From: Catajapyx aquilonaris
Lineage: Eukaryota
Direction: 5' to 3'
Length of the DNA: 44,175 nt
Assembly: GCA_000934665.2 (NCBI GenBank)
Contig: JYFJ02003265.1
Coordinates: 1-44,175, forward strand
How positions within the stretch are numbered: the first letter of the stretch is position 1; each line of letters opens with the position of its first letter. The notes beneath the pieces were generated by a model. The model saw only the letters and a program-made list of their open reading frames with translations. It did not search any database and was not told where the DNA came from. Positions 11,801 to 24,200 of this stretch are shown piece by piece. Made by a program: the position numbers and the translations under genes.

Positions 11801-14800
11801 ACATCTTGAAGGAGATACAGTTACATTCCTCCTATATACTTGCACATCCTTCAAAATGCTTGACACTTGTAACAAATAACAGTTGTGGTACAACCAAACA
11901 CCCCCCCCTCCCCCGCCTTTTTTTTTTTTGCCTCTCTCGTTAGGTAGTTCTTGAAATACTAACTGGTTTGGGCAGCTTTTTTCTACAATAACATGGCTTA
12001 CATTTGACATTCTCCTTCATGTACTTTCCGCCTGTCTAGTGTCACTCGTGAGCCCAGCAGTGGATGTGTATTCCTTTGGCATGTGCGCTCTTGAGATGGC
12101 AGCTCTGGAAATTCAAGGCAACGGGGACTCAGGGAACCAGGTGACTGAGGAGAATGTGCAGAGAACCATTGATTCCCTGGAGGACCCCCAGCTCAAGGAC
12201 TTCATTCGCAAGTGCCTGAATCTGAACCCCTCCAAGAGGCCCACTGCAAGGGAGCTGCTTTTCCATCCAGTGCTCTTTGAAGTGCACTCGTTGAAGCTCT
12301 TGTCTGCACATGCACTTGTTAATTGCGCAGGTGGTTATCCTATAGTTATTTTCTTGACACTTATTGCTAGATGTAGGGAATGTGGGATTGTAGTGCAAGG
12401 TGGAAGCATTTAGGAATATGACTCATTGTAATTGAAGGGCACAGGAAGATGAACCTGAGAAAATTACATTTAATCTACCCTGACAATACTGGGCTGACTG
12501 CAGTATGCTTTTATGGCCAGGCACAAGCAGGGGAATTGAAAAGGAACTTGTTTCCCAACCAGAGGCACCGACCACCTGGCATCTTATTTCTCAAGCTAGA
12601 AACATACGGGATGCCTCAATGCTCAGTCAGGACCCAGGCAGCATGTTACTCCCAAACTGGTCCCCAATTGCCCTGATTGTGCCCGGCCTAAGTGAACCTC
12701 AGTCAGAATGGCCACAGTAGCAACAGCATTTTGAAACTTATTTATAGGGCTTTGTAAGAAATAAGTGTAGGGTGTTTTTACCATGAATGATGCAGGCAGT
12801 GTTTGTGAACCACCACAAGAACGTTGTGACACAGGTCCATTTTGATGCCTTCGTAACAGCACAAGTCAGAACCTCAAACAAAAAATTTCTCAAATGTTTT
12901 CAAAGTTAATTCTTGTGGCTAGGATGTTTTTTCCTCTCCTAATTGATGTGATACCCTAATAACGTATTATATTGTAAAAAAAATAATCAACGTTTATTGA
13001 TCCTTACAAATGCAATTAAATAATGCTGTCAGTACAATGCTAAGATTGCGCCTGCTCAGCTGGGAAGCTCCCCTTTGTCTTGGTGCATTCTGAATGCCTG
13101 CAGGCTGGTAATTACTTGTTAGTGCTACTTCACATGCTCATGACCCAGCTGTCTCTCAAGTTGATGCAGTATGAGGTGGCCATTGTGTTGCTCACATACA
13201 CGATGGTCCAAGGGAGGATGGACGATCGCTTACAAAAAAAATCCGTAACCATAAAGCAATGATTGGTTACTCAGAGCAGTACAAAGTAACTGCATACCAT
13301 CCCCTCCTAGAGAGAAAAAAAAACAGTTGCTGACTGCTATTTCTGCCATCATACAAATAGGGTTAGGTGATGGGGGTTGGCGGAGGGATCGCACTGTCAA
13401 GAGGGGAAGTCTGCTTGAGGACAAGAGCCTAAACAAATATCTGATTTTCCATCCTACTTGAAAGCCAGTCATAATCTCTACAGTGTACAGGGACCCCTTT
13501 TTTTTTGCAATTAGTTCCAGCTACGATTCATGTAATATTATGCACTGTCACGGGAACAGACAAAATGAGTTTGAGGTTTTTACATACTGGAATTTGACTA
13601 TGAGAAAAGGATAATAATAATAATAATTCATACCCCGTTATCAGCCATCGGCTCTTTAGGGGGGAAAGTTTGTTTTGCCTGCTTTATTTTTGCTTTCATT
13701 TTACTGTGCTCTTTGGGATAGGATAGGGACGGGAGGAGGCGGCTGTGGCCTATTAATTACGGAAGCAACTCCGGAATTTTTCTGGAAGGACCGTGGGAAA
13801 CCACAGAAAACCACGGTCAGAGTTGCCGGCCCCGGGATTCGAACCCAGGACCTCCCGATTAGCAGTCGGACGCTTTATCCACTATGCCAACCTGCTTCGG
13901 TATGAGAAAAGGATAAATAATGCTGTATTTTTCTCCACTCAGCCAATATATCCGAGACCATTACTGATGAGGTCCTTCATCGTCACTATGGACCAGAGGT
14001 TGTGGTAGCTGACATCCGCCACCCACAGCACCCAGATATCCCTGCAGTGGAATACCGCATGTCAAATGTTCCAGTCACAGAGAAGCTAGAAAAGTTTGTG
14101 GAAGATGTCAAGTTTGGAATATATCCCCTGACTGCATATGCCTTGTTGCCCCGACACCGACCTTCAACTGGGCCAGGATCTAGAAAGCCCAGGGCAACCT
14201 CTCCTGAGACGTCAGGAGGTGAGGCAGTTGAATCATCGACAGGTCCCCAGGTCAGTGAGGAGGAGGATGATGTGGAGGCCAGAAGGATTGTGAATATGAT
14301 GTGCAATGTAAAGCCAAAGGATGGAGCAGGGAATGGTGGGGGAAATGGGGGAGGAAATGGGTTGGGGGCACTTCTTATGACAATATTACTGAGGATGGAT
14401 GACAAGATGAATCGCCAGTTGTCATGCGAAGTCCATGAGAACGACACTAGCATTGGCTTGGCAGATGAGCTTGTCAAGTTTGGATTCATCAATGAGGTAA
14501 GGATCTTCAAAGAGCTGTACGGTACGATGAATTGATGTCATGAGCAAATAGTTTTGGGAACATCTTTCAACTGGACGTGTAACTATTAAATTCCAGTACT
14601 GCACTGGTGCCATTTTCATACTTTCACACAAGTAGTTGTGTCATGATGTTTTATGACACATGCTGCCAGTTGTGGTCCATCTTTTTAACACACTAAACAA
14701 TAAAATTGATTTTTTTTGCATGGTGCACGTAGGATCGAACTCTCAGAATAATTGTTGACGATAGTACTGCATTATATTATTGTGACAATTTTAAGTAATT

Positions 14801-15053
14801 TAATCTTGCAGAGTGGTAAACAAAAAACTACATATATTTTTCCTTGGGTATATATTTGCATAAGAAAATGTTACATTTACAATAATTGATGGAGGAGAAA
14901 TATTTTGACAACTCTTATTCCTGGTTCCATCAGGAAGACCGAGAGAAGATTGCAAACCTCATAGAAGAGACCCTGCGAAATCGTTTCACACCGCCAGCAA
15001 ATCAGCACCCTCAGTTTCCTCAACAGCCCTCGTTAACACAGGTTGCAACATAG
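5859..15053 (+). CDS. Madm: Nuclear receptor-binding protein (NRBP1/Madm) pseudokinase, 545 aa; exons 5859-5990, 7724-8180, 8870-8953, 12040-12330, 13943-14496, 14934-15053
   Basis: Family motifs EDESEILEESPCGRWLKRREEV, AYLAMDTEEGVEVVWNEV, HGNLTCDTIFIQHNGLIKIGSVAPD, AVDVYSFGMCALEMAALEI and LRMDDKMNRQLSC. All introns are GT-AG with compatible phases (0,1,1,1,0); total 1638 nt. Confidence 0.96.
6309..6690. mobile_element. Decayed Tc1/mariner-like fragment
   Basis: TA|CAGGGTGTCC terminus typical of Tc1/mariner-superfamily elements, plus a VYATKV...SITPDML peptide resembling a transposase C-terminus. No matching second TIR was found. Confidence 0.35.
6708..6934. mobile_element. Palindromic MITE with internal (CCTAA)n tract
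   Basis: CTTACTGGCGTGCGGGA ... TCCCGCACGCCAGTAAG inverted ends, inner GGGGGCAGC / GCTGCCCCC, and AACCTAACCTAACCTTACC at about 6827-6845. Confidence 0.7.
9845..11426. mobile_element. Foldback-like element with about 600-bp inverted arms in NRBP intron 3
   Basis: AAACAGGTCAAGTTGACTAGAATATGACTTGG... pairs with ...CCAAGTCATTTTCTAGTCGACTTAACCTGTTT, and complementarity continues to about 10480 / 10810. The arms contain about 180-bp direct subrepeats (GACCCCTCTGCAGGTCA.AGTGATTGT at about 10107 and 10287). Confidence 0.85.
10489..10655. mobile_element. Tc1/mariner-type MITE (CAGTGTTGGACAT TIR, TA TSD)
   Basis: TA|CAGTGTTGGACATTAATC...GATTAATGTCCAACACTG|TA; a second family member lies at 38854-39025. 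Confidence 0.85.
13615..13900 (-). mobile_element. tRNA-derived SINE (family B), well-preserved copy
   Basis: Minus-strand head has A box TGGCATAGTGG, an anticodon-like arm GACTGCTAATC and B box GGTTCGAATCC, with a (TTA)n tail. Exact 16-bp TSD TATGAGAAAAGGATAA at 13599-13614 and 13901-13916. Confidence 0.9.
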
Positions 15054-15287
15054 ATCAGCTGGACGACCTTCAGGAATTATATCCCCCTCCCACATTTAAA
15101 GACTGATTTATTAAAAGGAAGAAGCGAAAGAGGACTAGCTAATGTGTATATATATGCCGGGGCCTTTTTTTCATCTTGATTTTGTTGTCTACCCCTATAT
15201 TGCTAAAGAATGTGCCACATTTCATCTTGCAACATGGACTGTATAAAAAAAATTCGCTATGTACATAATAAAAAGGGGAAACAAAGC

Positions 15288-18200
15288 TTAAGTTTCATTG
15301 GATATCATGTTGGCTACATGCTTGTGGACATTAATCATGTTTTCTCTGATCATGCTGACGTTACGATCACTGCCTCGCACTCGCTCCAGCAAGAGTCTGC
15401 TCCGATGAGCAAACAATCTCCTGGCAGCCTCAATGTGATCAGTTATCAAGACCTCCACTTTTGTTCTGGCGGAAATAACTTCTTTCCAATCTCCAAGGTT
15501 ACGCTGCGTTACATAGAAGGGCAGCTCATTCAGTGGATACTTTTGCTTCCGGTTGTAGTAGTCCTCGTACAGCAAACCATACTTCTGGGCCAGTTGGTGG
15601 TTCACCACTAGCAGCTCCTCCACCATGGTCTGCAGCTTACCAGTGACTATACGACGCTTGGTTGAATATGAATCAAATTTGTTGGTTGTAGTTATCAATT
15701 CTGAGAAGCCAACCTTGAACAGGTTTGAGGCGTACTCCAGCAAACCTTCGAGGCTGGAGCACTCCACGGTTGCTGCTTCTACATGCGCCCTGTGAGGTAG
15801 AATACATTAGTCTTGCAACAATTGTCTAAATGAATCGATGAATAACATGCTGGCCCACTAAATCGCAAGCACCATTTTGTTCGTGTTACAAAAACACAAT
15901 AATAATGAGTGATAGTAGAGACCATAAATAGCATGAATTCTAAGGTGAATTTTTGCTAAGGCCATATTAATTTGATTTGCTACAGCCAATTTTTTTAAAA
16001 ATCTCCGTGCTGGGCCATCTTTGGCCCTTTTGGGGGACCTTTTTACGAAATGCCCTGGTCAAAGGGCAGGGTGACTGGGAGGGGATGTGCAAACAGCAAA
16101 CTGCAATGTCATATCATTGCTTGGTCGTTTTGTGAAGTCCCCCGGGTGGATTAGCCTGTCGGAGATTCCACCCGAGACAAAGCCAGAGACTGCCCAACTC
16201 TGCATGAGATGAAGGGAGGAACCCCAGATGAGATTTGATCCTGGGACCTTAACATCCGTGGGCGCATACATTACCACAGCGCCACTTCGTCTCCCCATGC
16301 TACGGCCAATTTAATTACATGGTGTTCAAAAGTTTTCACATAGTGTAAATGATCAGGCCACAAAGCCCTATGGCAGAGCTATTCAACTGGCGGACCCCAG
16401 TCCAAATCCAGACCGCGACGCAATTTGGTCCGGACGCGACAACATACAGGACAGTTTGAAATAGCATGATAAATTGAATAGCTGATTTTCTAAAGGGCGT
16501 AAGTCCATTTTCGTCGGTTTTGATGCGGATTTGTATAGATAAATAGCTCCCCTATGAACTGACATTATAGAGGGCTGATTGTAGTGAAGTGAAGACCACA
16601 CTGCCAACAGAAATCAACTTTCACAAGGCGTACACAGAGGAGGTCCCCATCAACGACAAAAAAATTGCGGACATTAAGAAAGTCCTCAAAGTACATCCCG
16701 GAAGAGCACCGCCCCTTCTACGACAAGATCGTGTCGTGGAAGACCACTGTAGCGGACTCTGATGACTGAAAACCAGATACTTTTCAGTACATTAAAGGAT
16801 GTTGTCAAGTTACAACAGGTTTTAACATTACAGTAATGCGTTGATTTTCTACTTTCAACTTTGAAGAGGTCATACATGTAGAACTATGCATACCTAACAT
16901 GTGCTACTGTACGTATTTAGTAGTAATTAACTGTTAGTAACTTCAGCTAAATTGCTTCCCAACGCAAATCTTTAGCTTTGATGGAATTTTGTTTTTTTAA
17001 ATGCAAAACATGTACACAGTGACTTACGCCCTTTAGAAAATCAGCTATTCAATTACTAATTCATGATTTTTGGAAAAAGTGCTACCAATTTCATCAAATA
17101 CACACCCATTCAAATCTCCCACATCTCACCTAAGCTCGTGTGACCTTGAACCCCCCAAAAAGTTTAGCCTGCGGTGGGCTCGTTCCCCACCCTTTACAGC
17201 TTGTTCCCCTTGTGCTTACGAAATGCCCCCCCCCCCCCCCTCCTCCGAAATTTTTTNCTTCTGCCTATGTGCCTGTACATGTCTTCATATGCCCTGTCTT
17301 GATTGGCCCTTCTATCCTTGCTGCACATGTTTATATTTTCGGATATGAACCCTGTGGTACGAACTAAATCTATATATTTTTACCCGGGGGGGTCCGGACC
17401 TTCAATGGCCCAGGAAAGGTAAATACTGGACCTTGTCAGAAACTAGTAGAATACCCCTGCCCTATGGCCTTAACTATCCAGCTAATTTAGCACAGGAAGT
17501 ACCCGTTTTACACCATTAACTGGTTCTGGAAAAACACGACGTAAAGTGTAATTGCACGAAACGAGACAAAATTATAATATAAGTAAATGAGATAGGTTCC
17601 AAAATTTCCAAACATTTTCCACAGGCAGTACTACAGTAATATTGCTAATATTGCTGTTTTTAATGCTGAATATTTGAAACTTTGATTAATGGGAGGTTCC
17701 AGGTTGAGGGCCATCGGGTTTTGATGGTTCATTTTCTTATTTTGACAAGAATTGGAGTACCCATAGCGTATTGTAACCAACAGTTAGAGTGCTTCGGAGA
17801 ATGCCGAGACCAACAATATGGTACTGTATGTATCGACAAGGTATCGATAGAACCTGCCACAAGGCACCATGAAAAACAAAAGAAGAGCATTTACGGCCGT
17901 GTGTTTGGTCTCAGAAGTGTTGCAGTGATGTGTTTATGTTTAGATTGTGTTGTTGTCTTCAAATTTTTCAAACAATTCAGATTTAAAAATTCCAAATGTA
18001 ATTTTAAAACCAGCATGTTAACGTGAAACGGCGTAAAACTGGTACTTCCTTTATAAGGTAACTACCATTGCAGAATATTTAAAATGTTAAGTAAACTGAA
18101 TTATCCCATGGTTTGCCACCTTTTTTAAGTGACAAAAAATAAGCAATTAATAATTCAATTAACTGAAGCTGCCAGTTTGTGTTAGTACACGAATTATCAT

Positions 18201-21200
18201 ATGTACTGCATCAATAACTCATTAATCTCAACATCCCTGAAATACTGAACATCTCATATCTCTTTGAACACTCTCTCTCTCTCTCTCTCTCTCTCTTCAC
18301 CCGCCCCATTCTCTTTCTTCTTTCTTTCACCCTCTAACTCTCACATTCCCCCAATAGAAATGTGCAGCTCTTAGATCCTAACCCTCTTGTAATTTGAGTA
18401 TAAAATATGACAGGGTCAAGCCCTGATGTTTTTTAACAGGTCAAAATATCTAAAACGACAGTTCATACTAAAGCCCTGAATAAAATCCCAATTGAATCAC
18501 TTTTTATAAGAAGGGAACAAGTCCAATTGAAAGTTGTTGGACTTGTTCCCTTCTTATAAAAAGTGATTCAATTGTCTTACTGCAATTCTTCCTTTGTATT
18601 TGTTGCCTCAGTTGTCTTTGCCTCTATGTCTTGTAAGGCATTTTCATATGATCCAATATCGAGAAGGCACAGTTCCAGTTCATCATTAATTTGTTGGATC
18701 TTTCCTTCCATACTCTGGTCTTTAGCCTGGCAGTAAAAGAGAGGTGAGATATTTAAGACGCCAACCCTTAGTGCACTCTCAAGGATGTAGCACAACTGGC
18801 ACCCCATGCAAGTTGCACACCATTTTCACCTGCTCCAGACTCCATGTGAAATGACAAGTTGCACTGTTTGGAGAGTGACTGCCCTCTAAGTAATCAGCAG
18901 TGCTATTTTGCCCTGCAATTTTGCATAGAAATGTGCAATAGGAGCAAAAAGGCATACTTGCACAGGCGCCTGTGTTATGGCCCTGAATCTAGTAAGGTAA
19001 CTTCCAATGTAGCATCTATTTTATAGGTTACATTAATGGAATGGTAAGATTTGGGTTACATCACAGGTGTACATAAAGATTACACTGACAAAATTCCATA
19101 ATGGAATTGGAGCTACAGCATGACTGCAACCTGCTACCATGCACCATGAAAATATAATTATGATGCAGAAACTCACTGTAAACAGTATTCCACACTCTTT
19201 ACTCAGTTATATAGGTTACCTGACTAAAATGTTTAATAGTACAGTTCTGACATCTATCTATCACCATAGAGTGTGTTCCAAGTATTTAGATTATTTAGTT
19301 ATCGCAAATTTTGCCCCAAGTTGTTGTTTTCATGTAGATTTTTGCACCCCATTCAAGATACCCAATCATGTGGCAGGTGCTGTATTTGACTGCACCTGGG
19401 AATAATGTGCACCTAATAGGGGAGCAAAAAGCGACACAAAAACAATTTCATACAAATAACTAAAAGGACCGGTATACTTGGAACACACTGTATTTCTTGT
19501 TAGTTTATATGTTTTAAGGTTACATTTTTTTCAACAATAACACCATCAGCCTCACTGCTTCTGCAAGGCAGTGATCGTGAGTAAAAATGAGTCACAGAAT
19601 GAGTCACAGTTTCACCCCTTGAGTAAGTAAACAGCATTACTTGCTAGTCACAGACTACTACCAGGCCTGCAGGAAAATGTAGTTGACATTTTTCATATTT
19701 CATTTCATTTCTCATTTAGGATAAGTTGGCTGTGCTCTAACAGTTTGAGAAACGTTGGCCTAAGAGATGACATGTAGGCTAAACTTGCTTTGTGATTTTA
19801 GTGGGTGGATTAGCCTAATACCAACATTGTCACTCAGAATTTTTTGCATTTTCTTTCTATGAACCTATCAATTAACTGAGTCAAGCAACCAGGAGCATCA
19901 CCTTGGCTGCCTTTGTAGCTGCCCTGAGTTCTGCCCTTCTCACTTCAGCCTGGTTCTCTGCAGCTGCCTCCCCTATCACAAGGCCTGAGCTGAAAGCCCG
20001 AGCTTCTAGTGTCCTGCTCCTTATTTCAAACAGGTCTTTCTGTAGCTGTTCCATTCGTCCATCTTTTATTGCTATGTTTCCTTCTTCCTGTTCCATTGCG
20101 AGTTTGGCCAGCTCAACTTCCTTTTGCTGCCGCTCCACAAACCGCTCCAGGGCTTCCTTCAGCTCAATCATCTGCTCCTGAGCACTCTCAATCATCTCCT
20201 CCTCCTCTGACAGGCGAGATTCAAGGTGGCTGAATGTGGCATCAACCTGCAACTTGTCCTCACGGATGTTCGTCACAGCCTGAGTCAAGTCATTCTCCAT
20301 GTCATTGTACATACTCTGAATTTCTTCCATATCTTTCTCCACTAAGGCCAGCCTCTCTGTAATCTTTTGCAGTTTTGCCATCAGTAATCCTATTGTCTTG
20401 GACATTTTCATGGTTATCCTGCAAAGTAAGAATGAATCACTCATCTCAATCTCTACATGAGAACCTTATTTTCAGTAAATTGAGTCTTTGTTCTTAAGTT
20501 GCCATTTTGCACTAGACATTAGTCACATTACACATGTTTGTGTCATAATTGCATAGTGCCTTTATTCTGACTGATTAAATTATAGTTACTAGCATAAGTC
20601 TTATTTTGCCAGATATTGTCCATCCTGATTACTGAAACAAATTGTGATACCTCTATCCTGCTTGAATTCTCTAACACTGAAAGAAATATTTGTGTCTTCC
20701 ATTAAATTGGCTCATACAGTGTGGTGAGAAAGTGAAGACTACATCTTGAGCATTTATATTCCTACAAAACATAAGTTTTTCTGCATGTCTCAATTTTCAG
20801 GAACAGTGTGCAATTTGAGGGGCATTTTTACTACACCCTTGCTAGCAAGGGGGGTAGTGACATGGAGGCAGTAAAACCGGAGAATCACTGATGTACAGTA
20901 CAGTATTTAGCAAAGATAAGACTTGGTCAGAAACTCCAATGAATTTAATGTGAATCTGGCTGTTCTGCTTCTACACAAATATACAGTCATGGACATCATA
21001 ATCTTGGCGCTTACATTGCTGTACAATAATAGCTTACTTTTTTCTCTGAGACCAGTACAGTACAATACATACAAGTTACAAACTAAACTTGTATTCGTGT
21101 GCTGCACAATTTAACAAGGTTTCTCTACATATCACACTCACGTCTTTATATTTTTCCTCATGGACTGCTGTTCGTCAACATAGTCTTCAGTTTCGTGCTC

Positions 21201-24200
21201 TATGTCATGAATACTTTTTTTGGAGACGCCTATCTTTCTCTTCAGCATCACATTCACTGACACCTTGCAGACCTTTTGAGCTGCAAGCTCTTTTTCATAC
21301 TTCTCCGCACTGCTCTGAACAAACTTGATCCGATTGTCCTGGTCAACGAGTTTTTTCTTCCAATTACCAAGCTCTTCCATCACAGCGTTCTTCTTTTCAA
21401 GCAATGCTTCCATTACACTGTTCTCTTCCTCAATTTCACGAGACACTGTTACCACAATCTTTTCACAGTCACTGATCTTCTGTGGATACTCATCAAGTCG
21501 CCTTTGAAGCTAAAGAGAATATTCATCTGCTTTACTGTGTGGCGTATGCTCAATAATGGTTCACTGATGCACATTTAAATATGGTAACTACTACTGCATT
21601 CCAAAAGTATAAGTAGCTACTGTTTGGCTGTACAGTACAAGTTTTTAAAATCATTTCCATTAATGATCAATACAGCCACATGATGGCACATGTTTTTAGC
21701 TACCCCTGCATAGAAATACAATGCCAGTGTAATCATTTTTGAATTTTGGGGCCACATTCCACAATCTTATGTAATGTACTTTCACAGCCAATCTTTACCT
21801 ATTGGCTACTCCTTACGTTTCTCAGTCTACCAAAATTTTCTGGGGGCTGAGATACAAGTGAAGGTGACCATGGCCTGACAGCTAAAAGATGCCTCACTTG
21901 AACTGTTTGAGACTTTAATTACATCATGTGAGATATTTAGTTTATAAAAATGTATTAATAATTGGCTTCAGCATCATTTTTACTAATAGTGACATACGTA
22001 TTTTTGCCGACCCTACAGAGTTTCGAGTCTGTTTCACTTAGTGTTAGTTCCCCATATCATATGCTAAATTAGAGATAATGAATGTGATTACTAGGGCCAC
22101 TTGCCCTGGGTCAGGGTTTTCATGGCTTTCTTGGGTTTATTCCTGCATGAGAAACTTTTCAAAAGTATGTCAAGTTATTTCATTTCTCCAATTCATGCTC
22201 ATCTGCATAGAGTTCAAATTATGTGAATAAGAAATAATGACAAAATGTGGCTTTTAAAAACTCACCTCTATCATACAACAAAAGTTAACTTGTAACTTCT
22301 CAAAATTAACATTGACAAGCAAACAAAATCCCATGAACAGTTTGCAAAACATGGCCAGATTATATGACAGTAGGTCTATGCAAAAGTTTTGCAGTTTGTT
22401 GGAAAAACAGAAAATCTGGAAAACATATATTATTTTGTCAAAATATTGATCATCACTTTCAATAACCCTTAGCCAACGTTGGGTCAGAAGATGAATGCCC
22501 CGGTGGTAAAAGTTTCTGAGCTTTGCCTCAAAGAAGTCAACCACCCATTGCTCAATGGTGGTGAGGCTGGCAAAATTCTTGCCAAACAAGCCATATTGCA
22601 TAGAATGGAACAGGTGGAAATCCCAAGGGGAAATGTCTGGCGAGTATGTTGGGTGCCATAGCACCTCCCATCCCAGCTCCAACAACATCTTTTGTATCAC
22701 CCTCCCTCTGGTTTTTAAAAAATATGAGAAAACAGTGTCGAAATTGGTCTTGTTGGGGTGTCACATCTCAAAATGAGGGCAAAACAGGGACTAACAGAGC
22801 AAAACTTTAAAAACAATCCCAATGGAAGCCTTGACTTTGTTGACTCACATGGCTACCACAAAACAAATTCGGTTGTCAAATTGTTTAAGTTATTGACCAC
22901 CAAAGTCAACAGCACAAACGTTTGCATAGACCTAATAAATTACAAGTTACCTTTCATACGTTAATAAGTTGTCTCGACCTTCCCTCCACTTGTAGACAAA
23001 TGAAGAAATTTTTTTATCATGAGTTCACTACTTTGCACTGAATACATTCTAATATACTATGAGTTTCTTCATGTTCGTTTCTGCCTACCTTATGAACTCG
23101 GTCAGCTTCTTGTTTATATTTCATTTCTAAACGTCCAATTTCATCTCGTACAGTTACTTTGAGGTCAGCCAGCTTATCCTTGTGGACTTTAATCATGATA
23201 TCAAGGTGGCCCACATCCTCTTTGTGTTGCATAATTAATTTGTTCATCAGGGTTACCTGAGACCGCGAAGCGCCCAGCCTTGCCTCAGCTTCCTTTATGT
23301 TGTCTTGTAAAGGATCACTGTGGTTATTGGTGAACAGCAATAGAAAGTGGATTAAAATAAGGAACATTTAGTTAAGAAGGTAGCAGGTTAGTTGTGCTAA
23401 TTCAAATTCAAGCTAATTCAAGCTTGCATACATGCAGCAGAAATGTATGAAATTTAATGGCATTCATTGATATACTGTATACTGATCCTTTCTCTTCTCA
23501 GTTGTTTCATGAAAGATTTTCTGTTGAAGTCTGGCTTGACTTTAAAACCTTTTATTACTGATATATGGGAATTTTAATAGATCATACTGATTGACCCTTT
23601 CGTTTTACTCTTCTTGGGAATATGTAATAATTGGCATCAAAATATTTATTTTGCATTTTCTGCACAACTCAGCTATAAGTATATGTAGGATATACTTTCA
23701 CACTCACACACATCCATGAAATAGCAAGAAATGGCAATTTAATGATTACATGTTCACTCTATGCCATTAATTTTTTAAACCAAGCCACATCATGACAACT
23801 TTCAGGCTGCTGGCCCATTATGCACTGCCACAGGGAAGGAATGCAATATGTCACCAATACTTCCACTTCAGGCAATCCAATGTTCGATTCTGAGAGTGGA
23901 GGGACACAGTGAGATCAGCAGTTGCAGATGCTAGGGTGGGCAGCTTGGAGCAGACTGCAGGGCAGGAATCAGCAATTAGGAAGTTAATATCACCGCATGC
24001 TTCTAGCCTCAGTCATGGCAGGTAAATGTGGGACGTGCTGCAGAATTTTCCCACTCACATAATCTCCCTCCCAGGTGACATGTCATAATGGCACAGCATT
24101 ATAGAGCATGCCTGTGCGAAGAATCAAATGTCCTGCTGGACCAATGAATTGATTCACCAACTCACATGCAGTGCAGAATATTTAGGGTGGCAGTGAAACC

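Noticed and set aside
13826..13900. tRNA-like sequence with A/B boxes and GCT anticodon-like loop
   Set aside because: It is the head of a SINE: it continues into a shared body, has a TAA tail and a 16-bp TSD, and has a second copy at 4942-5230. Not called a tRNA gene.
17225..17260. Poly-C run with an ambiguous base (n)
   Set aside because: Homopolymer in degenerate intronic repeat sequence; likely low-quality consensus, no feature inferred.
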